DNA from: Acidimicrobiales bacterium
GTDB lineage: Bacteria; Actinomycetota; Acidimicrobiia; Acidimicrobiales; Bog-793
Assembly: GCA_052148655.1 (NCBI GenBank)
Contig: JBKQHU010000088.1
Span: forward strand, 23,181-87,180
Direction of reading: 5' to 3'
DNA: 64,000 bases
The stretch's first letter is position 1. Every line of letters begins with the position of its first letter. Position numbers and translations under genes: made by a program. Positions 24,219 through 36,165 of this stretch are shown here, piece by piece. The notes under the pieces are model-generated. The model did no database searches. It saw only the letters and a program-made list of their open reading frames with translations, and had not been told where the DNA came from.

Positions 24219-24973
24219 AGCAGCGCTCCCACCCTGGCCACGAAGGCAATGGCACGCGCTTCGATCTCCCGGGCGTCGTAGTCGAGAGTGGCGACGTGGA
24301 AGCTGCGCTCGAGGAAGACCCGCTCGACCGGTCCGGCCGCGCCTGCGGCGAGCACGTCGCCCGACTCGGGCGGCACGACGTGGTCGACCCGGCTGGACAG
24401 GAGCAGGACCGGGCAGCGGAGATCACCGAGATGGGCGGCGACCCAGTCGACGCCCTCGAACATCGAGAGCATCGGCTCGATCGGCGAGGCGTTGTAGGCG
24501 GACTCGGGAGAACCCGCCATGGCGACGTCGGAACCGATGGCAGGCACCGAGACGCCACCTTCGTCGACCATGCCCGACAGCATGTCGCGGAATATCGAGG
24601 CCGGCGGGTCGACAAGCGGGTTGACCACGATGACGCCTGCGATCTCCGGGTGGCGTTCGGCGAGCCAGATCGCCAGCGAGCCGCCCATCGACAGCCCGGC
24701 TACGAAGATTTTCTCGCAGCGGCCGGCAAGGTCGCGGTAGCTCGCTTCGGCGGTCGAGGACCAGTCGGGCCACCGCGTAGGGACCATGTCTTCGACGCTG
24801 GTGCCATGGCCTGGCAACAGGGGCAGCTCGACGGCGAAACCGGCCGTGGCGAAGGCTCGGGCGAGCGGGCGCATCGACTGGGGGCTCCCGGTGAAGCCGT
24901 GGAGCACGACGACGCCGATCGGACCGCCCTCGGCGGAGAAAGGTTCACAACCGGCGAGGATCGGGGCTGGCAC
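24215..24973 (-). CDS. alpha/beta hydrolase (carboxylesterase / monoacylglycerol-lipase-like)
   Basis: 252 aa. VVVLHGFTGSPQSM, nucleophile elbow GLSMGGS, C-terminal SFHVATLD. The stop overlaps the gatC start by 4 nt. Confidence 0.8.
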   Translation of the reverse strand: MPAPILAGCEPFSAEGGPIGVVVLHGFTGSPQSMRPLARAFATAGFAVELPLLPGHGTSVEDMVPTRWPDWSSTAEASYRDLAGRCEKIFVAGLSMGGSLAIWLAERHPEIAGVIVVNPLVDPPASIFRDMLSGMVDEGGVSVPAIGSDVAMAGSPESAYNASPIEPMLSMFEGVDWVAAHLGDLRCPVLLLSSRVDHVVPPESGDVLAAGAAGPVERVFLERSFHVATLDYDAREIEARAIAFVARVGALL

Positions 24974-25059
24974 ATGTGCATCGTACCCGGCCCTTCGGGG
25001 AGGCTCCCGAGCAGATAGTGTCCGCTCTGCGAGCCGACGGACCGACGCGAGGAGCCGAA

Positions 25060-25467
25060 GTGGACAAGCTGGCGTTCCTGAGTGACGAGTGGACCGCGGA
25101 GGTGAGGCGCCTGCACGCCGAGGTCGTGACCGAGCCCGCCGCGCCGGCTCAGGCCGTGCGCATGAACCTCCTGCTCACGCAGTCCCCTCTCGGCGAGGGC
25201 ACCCTGGAAGCGCATGTGGACACGAGCTCCGGAGAGCTCCTGGTGGACACGGGCCACCTCGACGCGCCCGACTTGACGGTGACCGTCGACTACGACACGG
25301 CCAAGGCGATCCTCGTCGACGGCGACGCCCAGGCGGCGATGCAGGCCTTCATGTCGGGACGAATCAAGATCGACGGCGACATGACGCTGCTGCTCGCCCT
25401 GCAGAACTCGCCTGTCGACCCCGCCCACCAGGAGCTGGCGGCCCGCGTCCGGGAGATCACGGCCTAG
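25060..25467 (+). CDS. SCP2 sterol-binding domain protein
   Basis: VDYDTAKAILVDGDAQAAMQAFMSGRIKIDGDMTLLLAL is typical of SCP2. GTG at 25060, with GAGGAG 5 nt upstream, is preferred over the track ATG at 24976. Confidence 0.75.
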   Translation: MDKLAFLSDEWTAEVRRLHAEVVTEPAAPAQAVRMNLLLTQSPLGEGTLEAHVDTSSGELLVDTGHLDAPDLTVTVDYDTAKAILVDGDAQAAMQAFMSGRIKIDGDMTLLLALQNSPVDPAHQELAARVREITA

Positions 25468-25496
25468 TAACTCCCGGCGCGCCGGGTTCGCAGTCC

Positions 25497-26411
25497 CTAT
25501 CTCGTCGACGGCGCCCCGGACGGCGCGCTGACGTGGCCGAGGATCTTCGGCACCTCGGCGGCCAGCTCGTCCACGGTCCAGCGTGCACCCTTGTCGATCT
25601 CCCCCGCCAGCGTCCAGGGCTGGAAATACTGCACCCTGCCGCCCTGGACGAAGAAGACCTTCCCCGTGAAAGCACAGAGATCGCTGCAGAGATAGGCGGC
25701 GACCGGTGACACGTTGGCGGGGTCCCAGGCGTCGAACACGCCCGAGTCGCCTGGCGCCTGCACGATGTCGGACAGGCCGGGGGTCGACTCGGTGATGCGC
25801 GACCTGGCCGCCGGCACGATGGCGTTGACACGCACGCCGTAACGGGAGAGCTCCTGCGCGGCTATCACGGTGAACGCCGCGATGCCCGCTTTGGCCGTCC
25901 CGTAGTTCGACTGCCCGGGATTGCCCAAAAGACCGGAGGTCGAGGAGGTGTTCACGACCGCGGCGGCGACCTTGCGGCCGGCCTTGGACTGCTCGCGCCA
26001 GTAGCTCGCCGCCCAGCGCGTGGGCACGAAGTGCCCGTTGAGATCGACGTGCATGACGAGGTCCCACTCCTCCTCGGTCATGTTCACGAGGACCCGGTCC
26101 CGGATGATGCCGGCGTTGTTCACGAGTATGTGGAGGTCTCCGAACGCCTCGATGGCGGCGCTCACCAAGCGGTGGCCGCCTTCCCAGTCGGACACGTCGT
26201 CGGTGTTGGCGACCGCCTCGCCCCCCATCTGTTTGATCTCTTCCACGACCCGCTGAGCCACCGTCCGGTCCTCGCCCGAGCCGTTGAGCGGCCAACCGAT
26301 GTCGTTCACAACGACCTTGGCGCCCTCGCCGGCGAACGTGAGCGCGTGCTCCCGGCCGATCCCGCGGCCCGCACCGGTGATGATCGCAACCCTGCCCTCG
26401 AGTGCACCCAT
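25497..26411 (-). CDS. SDR-family oxidoreductase (MFE-2/HSD17B4 N-terminal-like)
   Basis: 304 aa. GRVAIITGAGRGIGREHAL, LVNNAGI, catalytic SNYGTAKAG (YxxxK). Confidence 0.85.
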   Translation of the reverse strand: MGALEGRVAIITGAGRGIGREHALTFAGEGAKVVVNDIGWPLNGSGEDRTVAQRVVEEIKQMGGEAVANTDDVSDWEGGHRLVSAAIEAFGDLHILVNNAGIIRDRVLVNMTEEEWDLVMHVDLNGHFVPTRWAASYWREQSKAGRKVAAAVVNTSSTSGLLGNPGQSNYGTAKAGIAAFTVIAAQELSRYGVRVNAIVPAARSRITESTPGLSDIVQAPGDSGVFDAWDPANVSPVAAYLCSDLCAFTGKVFFVQGGRVQYFQPWTLAGEIDKGARWTVDELAAEVPKILGHVSAPSGAPSTR

Positions 26412-26660
26412 GAGCGTTGCCCTTCCTTAGCTCGTGAACCTGCGGTCGCCCCGCCGACCGGGGCGTGTGGCCCCGCCGGTGGTGGCGTCGCGTTCGTGGC
26501 CTACACCGCCGTGCTCGACGCGCCCCGCCAGCTTGCGGCGCGCACCGCCACGTTGGCAGCACTAGATGCCCATGGTCAAACGGGGTGCGGCGGGGCACCG
26601 GAAAAAGCCCGCTGCAGCGCCGGGTCCGAATGCCGGCCCGGCGGCGGGTGGGCCCGGAGC

Positions 26661-28643
26661 TCAGTACAGGTAGAGGGCGACGGTCGTGCCGACTCTCACA
26701 GAGGTCCCCGATGCCGGGAGCTGGCTCAGCACGTAATCCGCGTTCGGCGGGCCGTAGAGGATCCACTGAAGACCGAGGGAGCTCAGCGCCTGTTCCGCGA
26801 CAGCCACCGAATCGGAGTACAGGGTCGGGATCGTGACGAACGGCGGTCCGGCCGACACGAGGACACGCACGGTCGAATGGCCCGGGACGACCTCGCCGGG
26901 TGCAGGCCTCGTGCTTATGACATAACCGGCGGGAACCGTGGTCGAGTACTGCGGCTCGTCTATCGCCGTGAGGTGCAGATCCGCGAGCACGGAGTCCGCC
27001 TGTGTGGAAGTGAGGACGCCGCCGCTCAGATCGGCCGGGATCAGCTGCGGCGCCGGGCCCTTGGAGATCACGACCGCGACCGTGTCGCCGTAGAACATCT
27101 TGCGGCCGACCGGGCCGTAGCTCACGACCGTTCCGGGGGCGACGGTCTCGCTGTAGCGGGCGACGAACCTCCCCAAAAGGTGCGCCCGGTGGATGGTTGC
27201 GGCAGCGTTCTTCTCGGTGAGCCCGGCAAGGCCCGGCATCGAGGTCGGGTGCCGTCCCTCAGAGATGACGATCTTCACGACCGACGCCGAGCTTTCCCGT
27301 CTGCCGCTGACGGGAAACTGGGAGATGACGCGGCCCGGGGCGACGCGCCCGTCGTAAAGGGCGGCTGAGACCTCCGGGGTGAGGCCGGTCCTGGCGATGG
27401 CGGCTTCGGCGGCGGCGGCCTCGAGACCGACGACGCGGGGAACCGTGTCGTGATTCCACACAAGGCGCGACGCGGCCAGGATGCCGGCGCCCGCCACGAT
27501 CTCCAGCGCCAGCAGGACCAGGAGCCACGCAAGCCACCGGTGCCTTCGCCTGTTGTGGGTGGCCTCGGGCAAGGTCGGCCTGGGCGCAGGCAGCACGCGG
27601 CGCACCCCAGGGACCGGGGAGTCGAGGGCCTGCGGCGACGGCGGAGCCGGCGGAGCGTGCACCTGTGGCGCGGGGGTCAAGGGCGGGACGCGTGCCCCGG
27701 GCTTCGACACCGGGGAGGGGGCCGCGAGCCCGAAGCGCTCCGTCGGGTCGTGGTCCGCCACGAGTCCCTGTGCGGGCAAAGCGAGATCGGTCCTGTTGAG
27801 CGGTAGCGGTTCGGGAGGGTCGAGCTCCTCGGACAGCATCTCGAGCTCGAGCGCGAATGCCGCCGCGTCGAGCCGGGCCAGGGGCTCGGAGATGGCGGCC
27901 TGGGCGAGCACGGGGGCAAGGGGACCGAGCTCCCGGGCCGGTGGGAGCATGGCCCCCACGCGCGCCATCAAGGTCGCCACCGTCGTGTCGCCGGCGAAGG
28001 GCACACGGCCCGTGACCGACTCGTAAAGGCTGAGCGCGAGCGAATAGACGTCGGTGCGGTCGTCGACGGGACGACCCTCGACCTGCTCAGGCGAGGCGTA
28101 CCGGGCCGTCCCCATGACCGCGCCGAGCGGTTCGGTTATCGCCGCCTCGGCGAGCGCGCGGGCAAGACCGAAATCTGCCACGAGCAGGCGCCCGTCGTCG
28201 TCGAAAAGAAGGTTGGCCGGCTTGATGTCACGGTGGACGAGGCCGCGTCGGTGGGCGTAGGCGAGCCCATGGGCGGCCTCGGCTCCGATGGCGGCCGCCT
28301 GTTGGGGGCTGAGCAGGCGGCCTGTGTCCAACAGGGTCCGCAGGCTCCCGCCGCCGAGGTACTCGAGCACGAGGTAAGGGATGCCGTCCTCGTCGCCCCA
28401 GTCGTAGACGTGCAGGACGTTGCGATGGTTCAGCGACGCCGCCAACCGGGCCTCGGCCTGGAACTTCCGCAAGAACGTGGTGTCGCCCGCCAACGCCGGG
28501 TGCAAGAGCTTGACGGCGACGCGTCGATCCAGCCGCGTGTCGTCGGCGGCAAAGACTTGGGCCGAAGCACCGGCGCCGACCACGGCGAGTAGTCGGTAGC
28601 GGCCGCCAATGACCCGGCCGACCTGTTCCACAGCGCTCGACAT
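26661..28643 (-). CDS. Ser/Thr protein kinase with four C-terminal PASTA repeats (PknB-like)
   Basis: Kinase motifs GAGASAQVF, AVKLL, HRDIKPANLL, DFGLARAL. One TM segment WLAWLLVLLALEIVAGAGILAA. Four ~65-aa PASTA-like repeats, each ending ..VISEG/VISKG/VLVSAG/VALYLY. The start is ATG 28643 or GTG 28694. Confidence 0.88.
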   Translation of the reverse strand: MSSAVEQVGRVIGGRYRLLAVVGAGASAQVFAADDTRLDRRVAVKLLHPALAGDTTFLRKFQAEARLAASLNHRNVLHVYDWGDEDGIPYLVLEYLGGGSLRTLLDTGRLLSPQQAAAIGAEAAHGLAYAHRRGLVHRDIKPANLLFDDDGRLLVADFGLARALAEAAITEPLGAVMGTARYASPEQVEGRPVDDRTDVYSLALSLYESVTGRVPFAGDTTVATLMARVGAMLPPARELGPLAPVLAQAAISEPLARLDAAAFALELEMLSEELDPPEPLPLNRTDLALPAQGLVADHDPTERFGLAAPSPVSKPGARVPPLTPAPQVHAPPAPPSPQALDSPVPGVRRVLPAPRPTLPEATHNRRRHRWLAWLLVLLALEIVAGAGILAASRLVWNHDTVPRVVGLEAAAAEAAIARTGLTPEVSAALYDGRVAPGRVISQFPVSGRRESSASVVKIVISEGRHPTSMPGLAGLTEKNAAATIHRAHLLGRFVARYSETVAPGTVVSYGPVGRKMFYGDTVAVVISKGPAPQLIPADLSGGVLTSTQADSVLADLHLTAIDEPQYSTTVPAGYVISTRPAPGEVVPGHSTVRVLVSAGPPFVTIPTLYSDSVAVAEQALSSLGLQWILYGPPNADYVLSQLPASGTSVRVGTTVALYLY

Positions 28644-28703
28644 GGATATCAGGAAAAGGGTAACGGTTGGTGGCCCGCGACCGGTGGAGGCCACCCGACG
28701 GCG

Positions 28704-30818
<2,115 letters not shown>

Positions 30819-30981
30819 CTACAATCGCAGGGACCGCGATCCGCGTGCGAGCCGGTGACCACTGTCGGGCACACGGATGGCTGGATCACAAAGCGCAAGA
30901 AGACCGCGACCGGGCGGTAGCTCAACCGCCGCCGCGTGGCCGACCCGACCAAGTTCGAACCCCATGAGGAGACAGCAGCCC

Positions 30982-32022
30982 ATGCGTTCTGTCACCGCCT
31001 ACGCCACCTCGGACCGCAAGGCGCCCTTTCGAAGGACCACGATCCGCCGACGTGACCTCGGACCGGGAGACGTCCTGGTCAAGATCGCCTACGCCGGGAT
31101 CTGCCACTCCGACATCCACACCGCACGCGGGGAGTGGGGCGACGTGATCTTCCCGCTCGTGCCGGGCCACGAGATCGCCGGCATCGTCGAGGAGACGGGC
31201 GCCGGGGTCACCAAGCACGCCGTCGGGGACCGTGTCGGCGTCGGCTGCATGGTCGACTCCTGCCGCGAGTGCGAGAACTGCCTCGCCGGCGAGCAGCAGT
31301 ACTGCTTGAACGGCCCCGTCTACACCTACAACTGCATCGGCAGGGACGGCCGGCCCACCGAGGGTGGCTACTCCACCCACATAGTCGTCGACCAGGACTT
31401 CGTGCTCGCCATTCCCGCCGGCATCGGCCTCGACGCCGCCGCGCCGCTTTTGTGCGCGGGCGTCACGCTCTACTCACCGCTCAAGCACTGGGGTGCCGGC
31501 CCCGGCACCTCGGTCGCGATCGTCGGTCTCGGAGGGCTCGGTCACATGGGCGTCAAGATCGCCCACGCGCTCGGAGCAGAGGTCTCGGTGCTCTCCCAGA
31601 GCCTGTCGAAGCAGGCGGACGGCCGCAGGCTCGGTGCCGACCACTATTACGCCACCGCTGATCCCGCCACCTTCAAGCAGCTCAAGCACCGTTTCGACCT
31701 CATCGTCAGCACCGTGTCGGCGACGCTCCCGATTCACTCCTACCTGTCGATGCTCCGCCTCGACGGCACGCTGGTGAACGTCGGCGCGCCCCCGGATCCC
31801 CTCTCGGTGCCGGCTTCCGCGCTGATGGCCAACCGCCTCCGCCTCGCCGGATCGTCGATCGGCGGCATCCCCGAGACCCAGGAGATGCTGAACTTCTGCG
31901 CCGAGCACGGTCTCGGCGCCGAGATCGAGGTCATCAGCGCTGCTCAGATCGACGTCGCCTACGACCGGGTCGTCGACAGCGATGTCCGCTACCGCTTTGT
32001 GATCGACACCGCCACGTTCTGA
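30982..32022 (+). CDS. zinc-type NAD(P)-dependent alcohol dehydrogenase
   Basis: [16 protein letters not shown], structural-zinc cysteines CRECENC, and [11 protein letters not shown] (Rossmann fold). ATG at 30982 (GAGGAG upstream) is preferred over the track start at 30877. Confidence 0.88.
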   Translation: MRSVTAYATSDRKAPFRRTTIRRRDLGPGDVLVKIAYAGICHSDIHTARGEWGDVIFPLVPGHEIAGIVEETGAGVTKHAVGDRVGVGCMVDSCRECENCLAGEQQYCLNGPVYTYNCIGRDGRPTEGGYSTHIVVDQDFVLAIPAGIGLDAAAPLLCAGVTLYSPLKHWGAGPGTSVAIVGLGGLGHMGVKIAHALGAEVSVLSQSLSKQADGRRLGADHYYATADPATFKQLKHRFDLIVSTVSATLPIHSYLSMLRLDGTLVNVGAPPDPLSVPASALMANRLRLAGSSIGGIPETQEMLNFCAEHGLGAEIEVISAAQIDVAYDRVVDSDVRYRFVIDTATF

Positions 32023-32106
32023 CCGGCGTCGTGCCGCCGGGGCGCCCGGCAAGAAACGCCCGGCCGCTAGAAGCGACGGCGCCGCCGGGACGTCGTGTGT
32101 GCCCGC

Positions 32107-33150
32107 TCAGCAGGCGACGCCCGAGCCCACGACCTCGTCCTCCACATAGAGGGCGACCGTCTGGCCCGGTGCCACACGGCGAGCTGGTCCACCGAGGTAG
32201 CGCACGCCGGTCTCGGTGAGCGTCACGGGCCGTGGGCGGCCGTGGGCGCTCGCCTGGGCGAGCGCGACCGCGCCCACAGGCAGCGGGCGCGCCACCCATG
32301 TGCGCCCGGTAAGTTCCACCTCGTCGGTGAGCAGGTCCTCCTCTGAGCCGACCGTCACCGTGGCCGAGGCTGCGTCGACTTCGAGCGCGTAGCGCCTCCC
32401 CGAGGGCGAGAACCCGAGGCCCCGACGCTGGCCGACTGTGACGAGCTCGACGGCTGCGACAGTCCCGACGACCGATCCCGAGGCGCGATCGACCAGCCGC
32501 CCGGGGTGCAGCTCGATCCGCTCCGCTAAGAAACGCTCGCGCGGCCCCTGTCCCGGCCCGGCAGCGACGAAGCACACCTCCTGGCTGTCGGGCTTGGCCG
32601 CCGTCGCCAGGCCCAGCGCCGCGGCACGCGCACGGACCTCTTGTTTCGTGAGCGCGCCGACCGGGAGGAGAATCCGGGCGAGCTCGCCGACCGTGAGCAT
32701 CGACAGCACGTAGGACTGGTCCTTCGCCGCGTCACGCCCACGGAGAAGCCTCGGCGGGCCGTCTCCGTCGTTGACGACGCGGGCATGGTGCCCGGTCGCC
32801 ACCGCCTCGAAGCCGAGTCGCACGGCACGGTCGAGAAAGCGGCGGAACTTGAGGTGCCGGTTGCACTCGATGCAGGGATTGGGCGTGCGCCCGAGGGCGT
32901 GAGCCTCGGCATAGGGCGCCACGACCTTGTCCTCGAACTCCTCGGAGAAGTTGAAGACGTGATGGTCGATCCCGAGCCGTGCCGCCACGCGCCGGGCGTC
33001 GTCCACGTCGCCCACCGAGCAGCATCCGGAGTCGCCCGCACCGCCCCACAGCTTCATCGTGGCCGCGACGACCTCATGGCCCTCTTCGACCAGAAGCGCG
33101 GCGGCGACCGACGAGTCCACCCCACCGGAAAGTCCGACCAGTACCCGCAC
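32107..33150 (-). CDS. mnmA: tRNA 2-thiouridine(34) synthase
   Basis: VRVLVGLSGGVDSSVAAALL (PP-loop), GCCS, NPCIECNRHLKF. GTG at 33150 is preferred over the track start at 33375. Confidence 0.9.
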   Translation of the reverse strand: MRVLVGLSGGVDSSVAAALLVEEGHEVVAATMKLWGGAGDSGCCSVGDVDDARRVAARLGIDHHVFNFSEEFEDKVVAPYAEAHALGRTPNPCIECNRHLKFRRFLDRAVRLGFEAVATGHHARVVNDGDGPPRLLRGRDAAKDQSYVLSMLTVGELARILLPVGALTKQEVRARAAALGLATAAKPDSQEVCFVAAGPGQGPRERFLAERIELHPGRLVDRASGSVVGTVAAVELVTVGQRRGLGFSPSGRRYALEVDAASATVTVGSEEDLLTDEVELTGRTWVARPLPVGAVALAQASAHGRPRPVTLTETGVRYLGGPARRVAPGQTVALYVEDEVVGSGVAC

Positions 33151-33206
33151 GCCCCAATTCTCGCAGAGGACAGCGGACGCGGGCGGCGCGGGCCCGCCGC
33201 CGCTTC

Positions 33207-34343
33207 TCAGGCGCGCAGGCGCTGCACGGCCTCGGGAAAGCGGGCTAGTGCGGCGTCGATGTCCGGCGCCGTCGTCGCGTGACCGAGAGAGAGCCGGACA
33301 TGGCTCTTCGCCTCCTTCGTGCTGAGGCCCATCGCCAGAAGGACGTGGCTCGGCTCGATGGCGCCGCTCGCGCACGCCGACCCCGCCGAAGCGCAGACCC
33401 CGAGCTCGTCGAGGACCATGAGCAGCTCTTCAGCCTCGACCCCCTCGAAGCCGAGATTGCAGATGGCGTCGATGCGGTCCGGCCTTGGCACGGCCTCGTG
33501 CACTCCGGGAACGGTTTCGAGGATGCCCTCGACCAGCCGCGTCGAGAGCTCACGCACGCGCCTTACGGCCTCGCCGCGGTCACGTGCGGTCGCCTCGGCC
33601 GCCGCCGCCATCGCCACTATGCCGGCGACGTTCTCAGTTCCGGCCCGGCGTTCGCGCTCCTGCGGGCCGCCGCGCAACATGGGTCGCAACACCGCCCCGC
33701 CACGCACGACGAGCGCACCCACACCCTTCGGCCCTCCGAACTTGTGAGCGCTCAGGCTCACGAGGTCCGCCTCGGCCGTGAGCGCGGCGACGTCAAGCCA
33801 GCCGAAAGCCTGCACGGCATCGGTGTGCACGATCGCCCCCGGGGCGCGCTCGCGCACGACCGAGATGACAGGCTCGAGCGGCTGGCGCACTCCCGTCTCG
33901 TTGTTGACGAGCATCACCGAGACCACTCGCACCGTTTCGTCCAGCACATCGTGGAGCGCGTCGAGGTCCACGACACCACGGCGGTCGACCGCGATGACCC
34001 GGCCACCGACGGCGCGGCATGCCTCGAGCACGGCGGGGTGCTCCACCGCGCTGCACAGCGCCGTTGACGGTCCGCCCGCAGCGCCGAGGACGGCAAGGTT
34101 GTCCGCCTCTGTGCCGCCGCTCGTGAAGACGACGTCGCCCGGGCTCGCCCCGACCAGCCCCGCCAGCACCTCCCGGGCGGCGTCCAGAGCCTCCCGGGCC
34201 GCTCTCGCGACGCGGTGACCGCCCGAGGCGTTGCCGTAGCTGTCGGCGAGGAACGGGAGCATGGCCGCGAGCGCCTCCGCCCGCATCGGCGTGGTGGCGG
34301 CGTGGTCCAGATAGGCGGTCTGGTGGCGCGGGCCGCCGGTCAA
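33207..34343 (-). CDS. cysteine desulfurase (NifS/IscS family)
   Basis: 378 aa. YLDHAATTP, SAHKFGGPKG (PLP lysine), ASAGSACASG (active-site Cys loop). It lies directly upstream of mnmA. Confidence 0.9.
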   Translation of the reverse strand: MTGGPRHQTAYLDHAATTPMRAEALAAMLPFLADSYGNASGGHRVARAAREALDAAREVLAGLVGASPGDVVFTSGGTEADNLAVLGAAGGPSTALCSAVEHPAVLEACRAVGGRVIAVDRRGVVDLDALHDVLDETVRVVSVMLVNNETGVRQPLEPVISVVRERAPGAIVHTDAVQAFGWLDVAALTAEADLVSLSAHKFGGPKGVGALVVRGGAVLRPMLRGGPQERERRAGTENVAGIVAMAAAAEATARDRGEAVRRVRELSTRLVEGILETVPGVHEAVPRPDRIDAICNLGFEGVEAEELLMVLDELGVCASAGSACASGAIEPSHVLLAMGLSTKEAKSHVRLSLGHATTAPDIDAALARFPEAVQRLRA

Positions 34344-35545
34344 TCTGTCGGAGCTCCCGGAGGGGGCGAGCAGGCTCCCGGCACCCAGGCGGGCGCCGGA
34401 TAGAGCGGGACGCCGGACGCGCCCGTGATGGTGCTAACTCCGGGCCGGTCGCCCAGTCTCGCCAGGGTCGCGGCGCTGACCTGGCCCCGGCCGAGGGCGA
34501 GGTCGAAGAAGGCCACCGCCACCCGCTCGACTACCGCGGCCGACGCGCCGTCGCCTACATACGGACCGAGGTGCGTGGCGTCCTCGAGGGCGAGGAACCA
34601 CTTCCGGCCCGTCAACATGTTGTAGAGCTCCGAGCTGTCGGCCGGGACGTTGCACGAGTCCGTCAAGCTCTGCACGACCAGCACCGGCGGCCCGCCGCCG
34701 AGCGGAGGCGAATAGGAGTCTCCGACGCGGGTCCACTCGGCGCCCGAGAGCAGGGCGACGGCTTTCGGCTGGACCGCCATCGAAGCGCGGGTGCTCGCGT
34801 AGGCGTGGTCGTAAACGAGCGCGGCAACGGTGTCGGCGCCGTCGGACTGGCCGGCGAGAACGAGGTGGGCGGGGTCCACGAGGCCCGCCAGGTAGGCCGC
34901 GTACGGCGGCGGGGAGCCGTGCGCCGCCCCGGCAACCTGCGACACGACAAAGGCGACGTCGGCGGGCTGGTTGAACATGTCGGCCTCGGTGTCGACACCG
35001 TGCTGGGCCTCAACGGCCGCGAGGCTCGTGTCGGGGAAAAACGGCGCCACGACGACGTAACCGGCCGCCACCCAGGACACGAGCAGGGCACGATAGGTGT
35101 TGGGGTCCACGTCGAAACCGTGGGCGAACACGATCACCGGGTAGGGCCCGTAGCGGTAGGCGGGGGCTGCCCAGGCCGTCACGCCCGATCCCGCCCGAGC
35201 GAGGGTCGGGTACAGGATCTCGACCTGCATTGTCCGTCCGGGCTGGCTCGTGCCCTCGTAGAAGTTCTCCGTCGAGCCCTGCTGCTCGGTCCAGGTCGCG
35301 GTCGACAGCCCGACCCCGAAGGCGGCGGGACGCTTGCCCGCGAGCCGGACGTGGCTCGCGAGGGCCGTGGTGGCGCCACCGGGTCGCCCGCTTCGACCGA
35401 CGCGCGACTGCGACGGCTTGGTGGTGCCGGTGACCCCGGCCGCCGACGAGCAGGCCGCGAGCAGCCCGGCGGCCGCGAGGACCATGAGCGTCCCACGCGC
35501 CTTGTGCCCGGGCGCGCCGTCGCGCCGGGTCGCCTGGGCATCCAC
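34340..35545 (-). CDS. lipoprotein, alpha/beta hydrolase fold (PAF-acetylhydrolase/chlorophyllase-like)
   Basis: Lipobox LLAAC at the end of the signal sequence. PVIVFAHGF...GYVVVAPFFPD. Putative nucleophile motif LAGQSDG. Confidence 0.65.
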   Translation of the reverse strand: MDAQATRRDGAPGHKARGTLMVLAAAGLLAACSSAAGVTGTTKPSQSRVGRSGRPGGATTALASHVRLAGKRPAAFGVGLSTATWTEQQGSTENFYEGTSQPGRTMQVEILYPTLARAGSGVTAWAAPAYRYGPYPVIVFAHGFDVDPNTYRALLVSWVAAGYVVVAPFFPDTSLAAVEAQHGVDTEADMFNQPADVAFVVSQVAGAAHGSPPPYAAYLAGLVDPAHLVLAGQSDGADTVAALVYDHAYASTRASMAVQPKAVALLSGAEWTRVGDSYSPPLGGGPPVLVVQSLTDSCNVPADSSELYNMLTGRKWFLALEDATHLGPYVGDGASAAVVERVAVAFFDLALGRGQVSAATLARLGDRPGVSTITGASGVPLYPAPAWVPGACSPPPGAPTD

Positions 35546-35620
35546 GGCTGGAAATCTACCGGTGCTCGGCTCAGCCGGGCATGGCGCCCCGGAACGAGCC
35601 GGCCCGGGGCCCTCCCGAGG

Positions 35621-36106
35621 TCATCGGGGCTGCCAGATCATCGCGACGACAGCCACCCCGAAGCACAGCGAGACCGCCGAGGCACCCCACTGCAAGGCTG
35701 CGCAGGCCTCCCGGAATTCCACGGGGGCGGGCTCGGGTTGTTCCCCGTTACCGCAGGCGCCGGCAAAGAAGACCTGGATCCTGCGCTCGGCTGGCCAGCA
35801 CAGTCCTGTGGCGATCCCCACGGCGAGCACCCAGGAGCCGAGCCCCACCCATGGCCACGGCTGCGACACGGCCGTGCTGTCCCCCGCCCACAGCACCAGG
35901 GCGCCGAGCGCAGGGGTCAGCAACAGGGACCGCTCCGCCCAGTTGGTGCCCGGCCGGAAGTACCGCCTGAGCCCGTCGTCGCTTCGGGGGACGGCAACCG
36001 ACCGGGCCCGGGCCGCGTAGGTGCCCGAGACCCCGACCGCGCCGAAGCCGACGACCGCACTCAGGGCGTGCAGCCCCACGAGCAGGTCGTAACCGGGCCC
36101 CGTCAT
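35621..36106 (-). CDS. integral membrane protein, unknown function
   Basis: 161 aa with about four hydrophobic segments (LLVGLHALSAVVGFGAVGV, LLLTPALGALVLWAG, VGLGSWVLAVGIATGL, AVSLCFGVAVVAMIW). Confidence 0.55.
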   Translation of the reverse strand: MTGPGYDLLVGLHALSAVVGFGAVGVSGTYAARARSVAVPRSDDGLRRYFRPGTNWAERSLLLTPALGALVLWAGDSTAVSQPWPWVGLGSWVLAVGIATGLCWPAERRIQVFFAGACGNGEQPEPAPVEFREACAALQWGASAVSLCFGVAVVAMIWQPR

Positions 36107-36165
36107 GTTGAAACCGAACCCAAGGCGGCGGTCGCGGCGATAGCGTTAAGAAAAATGACAATGAC

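Noticed and set aside
24976-25059. ATG 24976 as the start of the SCP2 gene
   Set aside because: It lies only 2 nt from the divergent esterase start codon inside a CACATGTG palindrome and has no SD. GTG 25060 has GAGGAG at good spacing, and the SCP2 similarity starts after it.
26602-26623. A hairpin plus T5 on the minus strand after the PASTA kinase gene, as a terminator
   Set aside because: The stem is only 3+2 bp with a bulge (CCCGGCGC-TGCA-GCGGGC), too weak to call. It is kept only as a note.
30911-30965. A tRNA-like look: TAGCTCAA inside a GCGG/CCGC stem and GTTCGAA further downstream
   Set aside because: No 7-bp acceptor stem can be formed. The putative T-stem does not pair (CCAAG versus CCCAT). 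The spacing is too short for a cloverleaf. It is most likely chance similarity in the adh upstream region.
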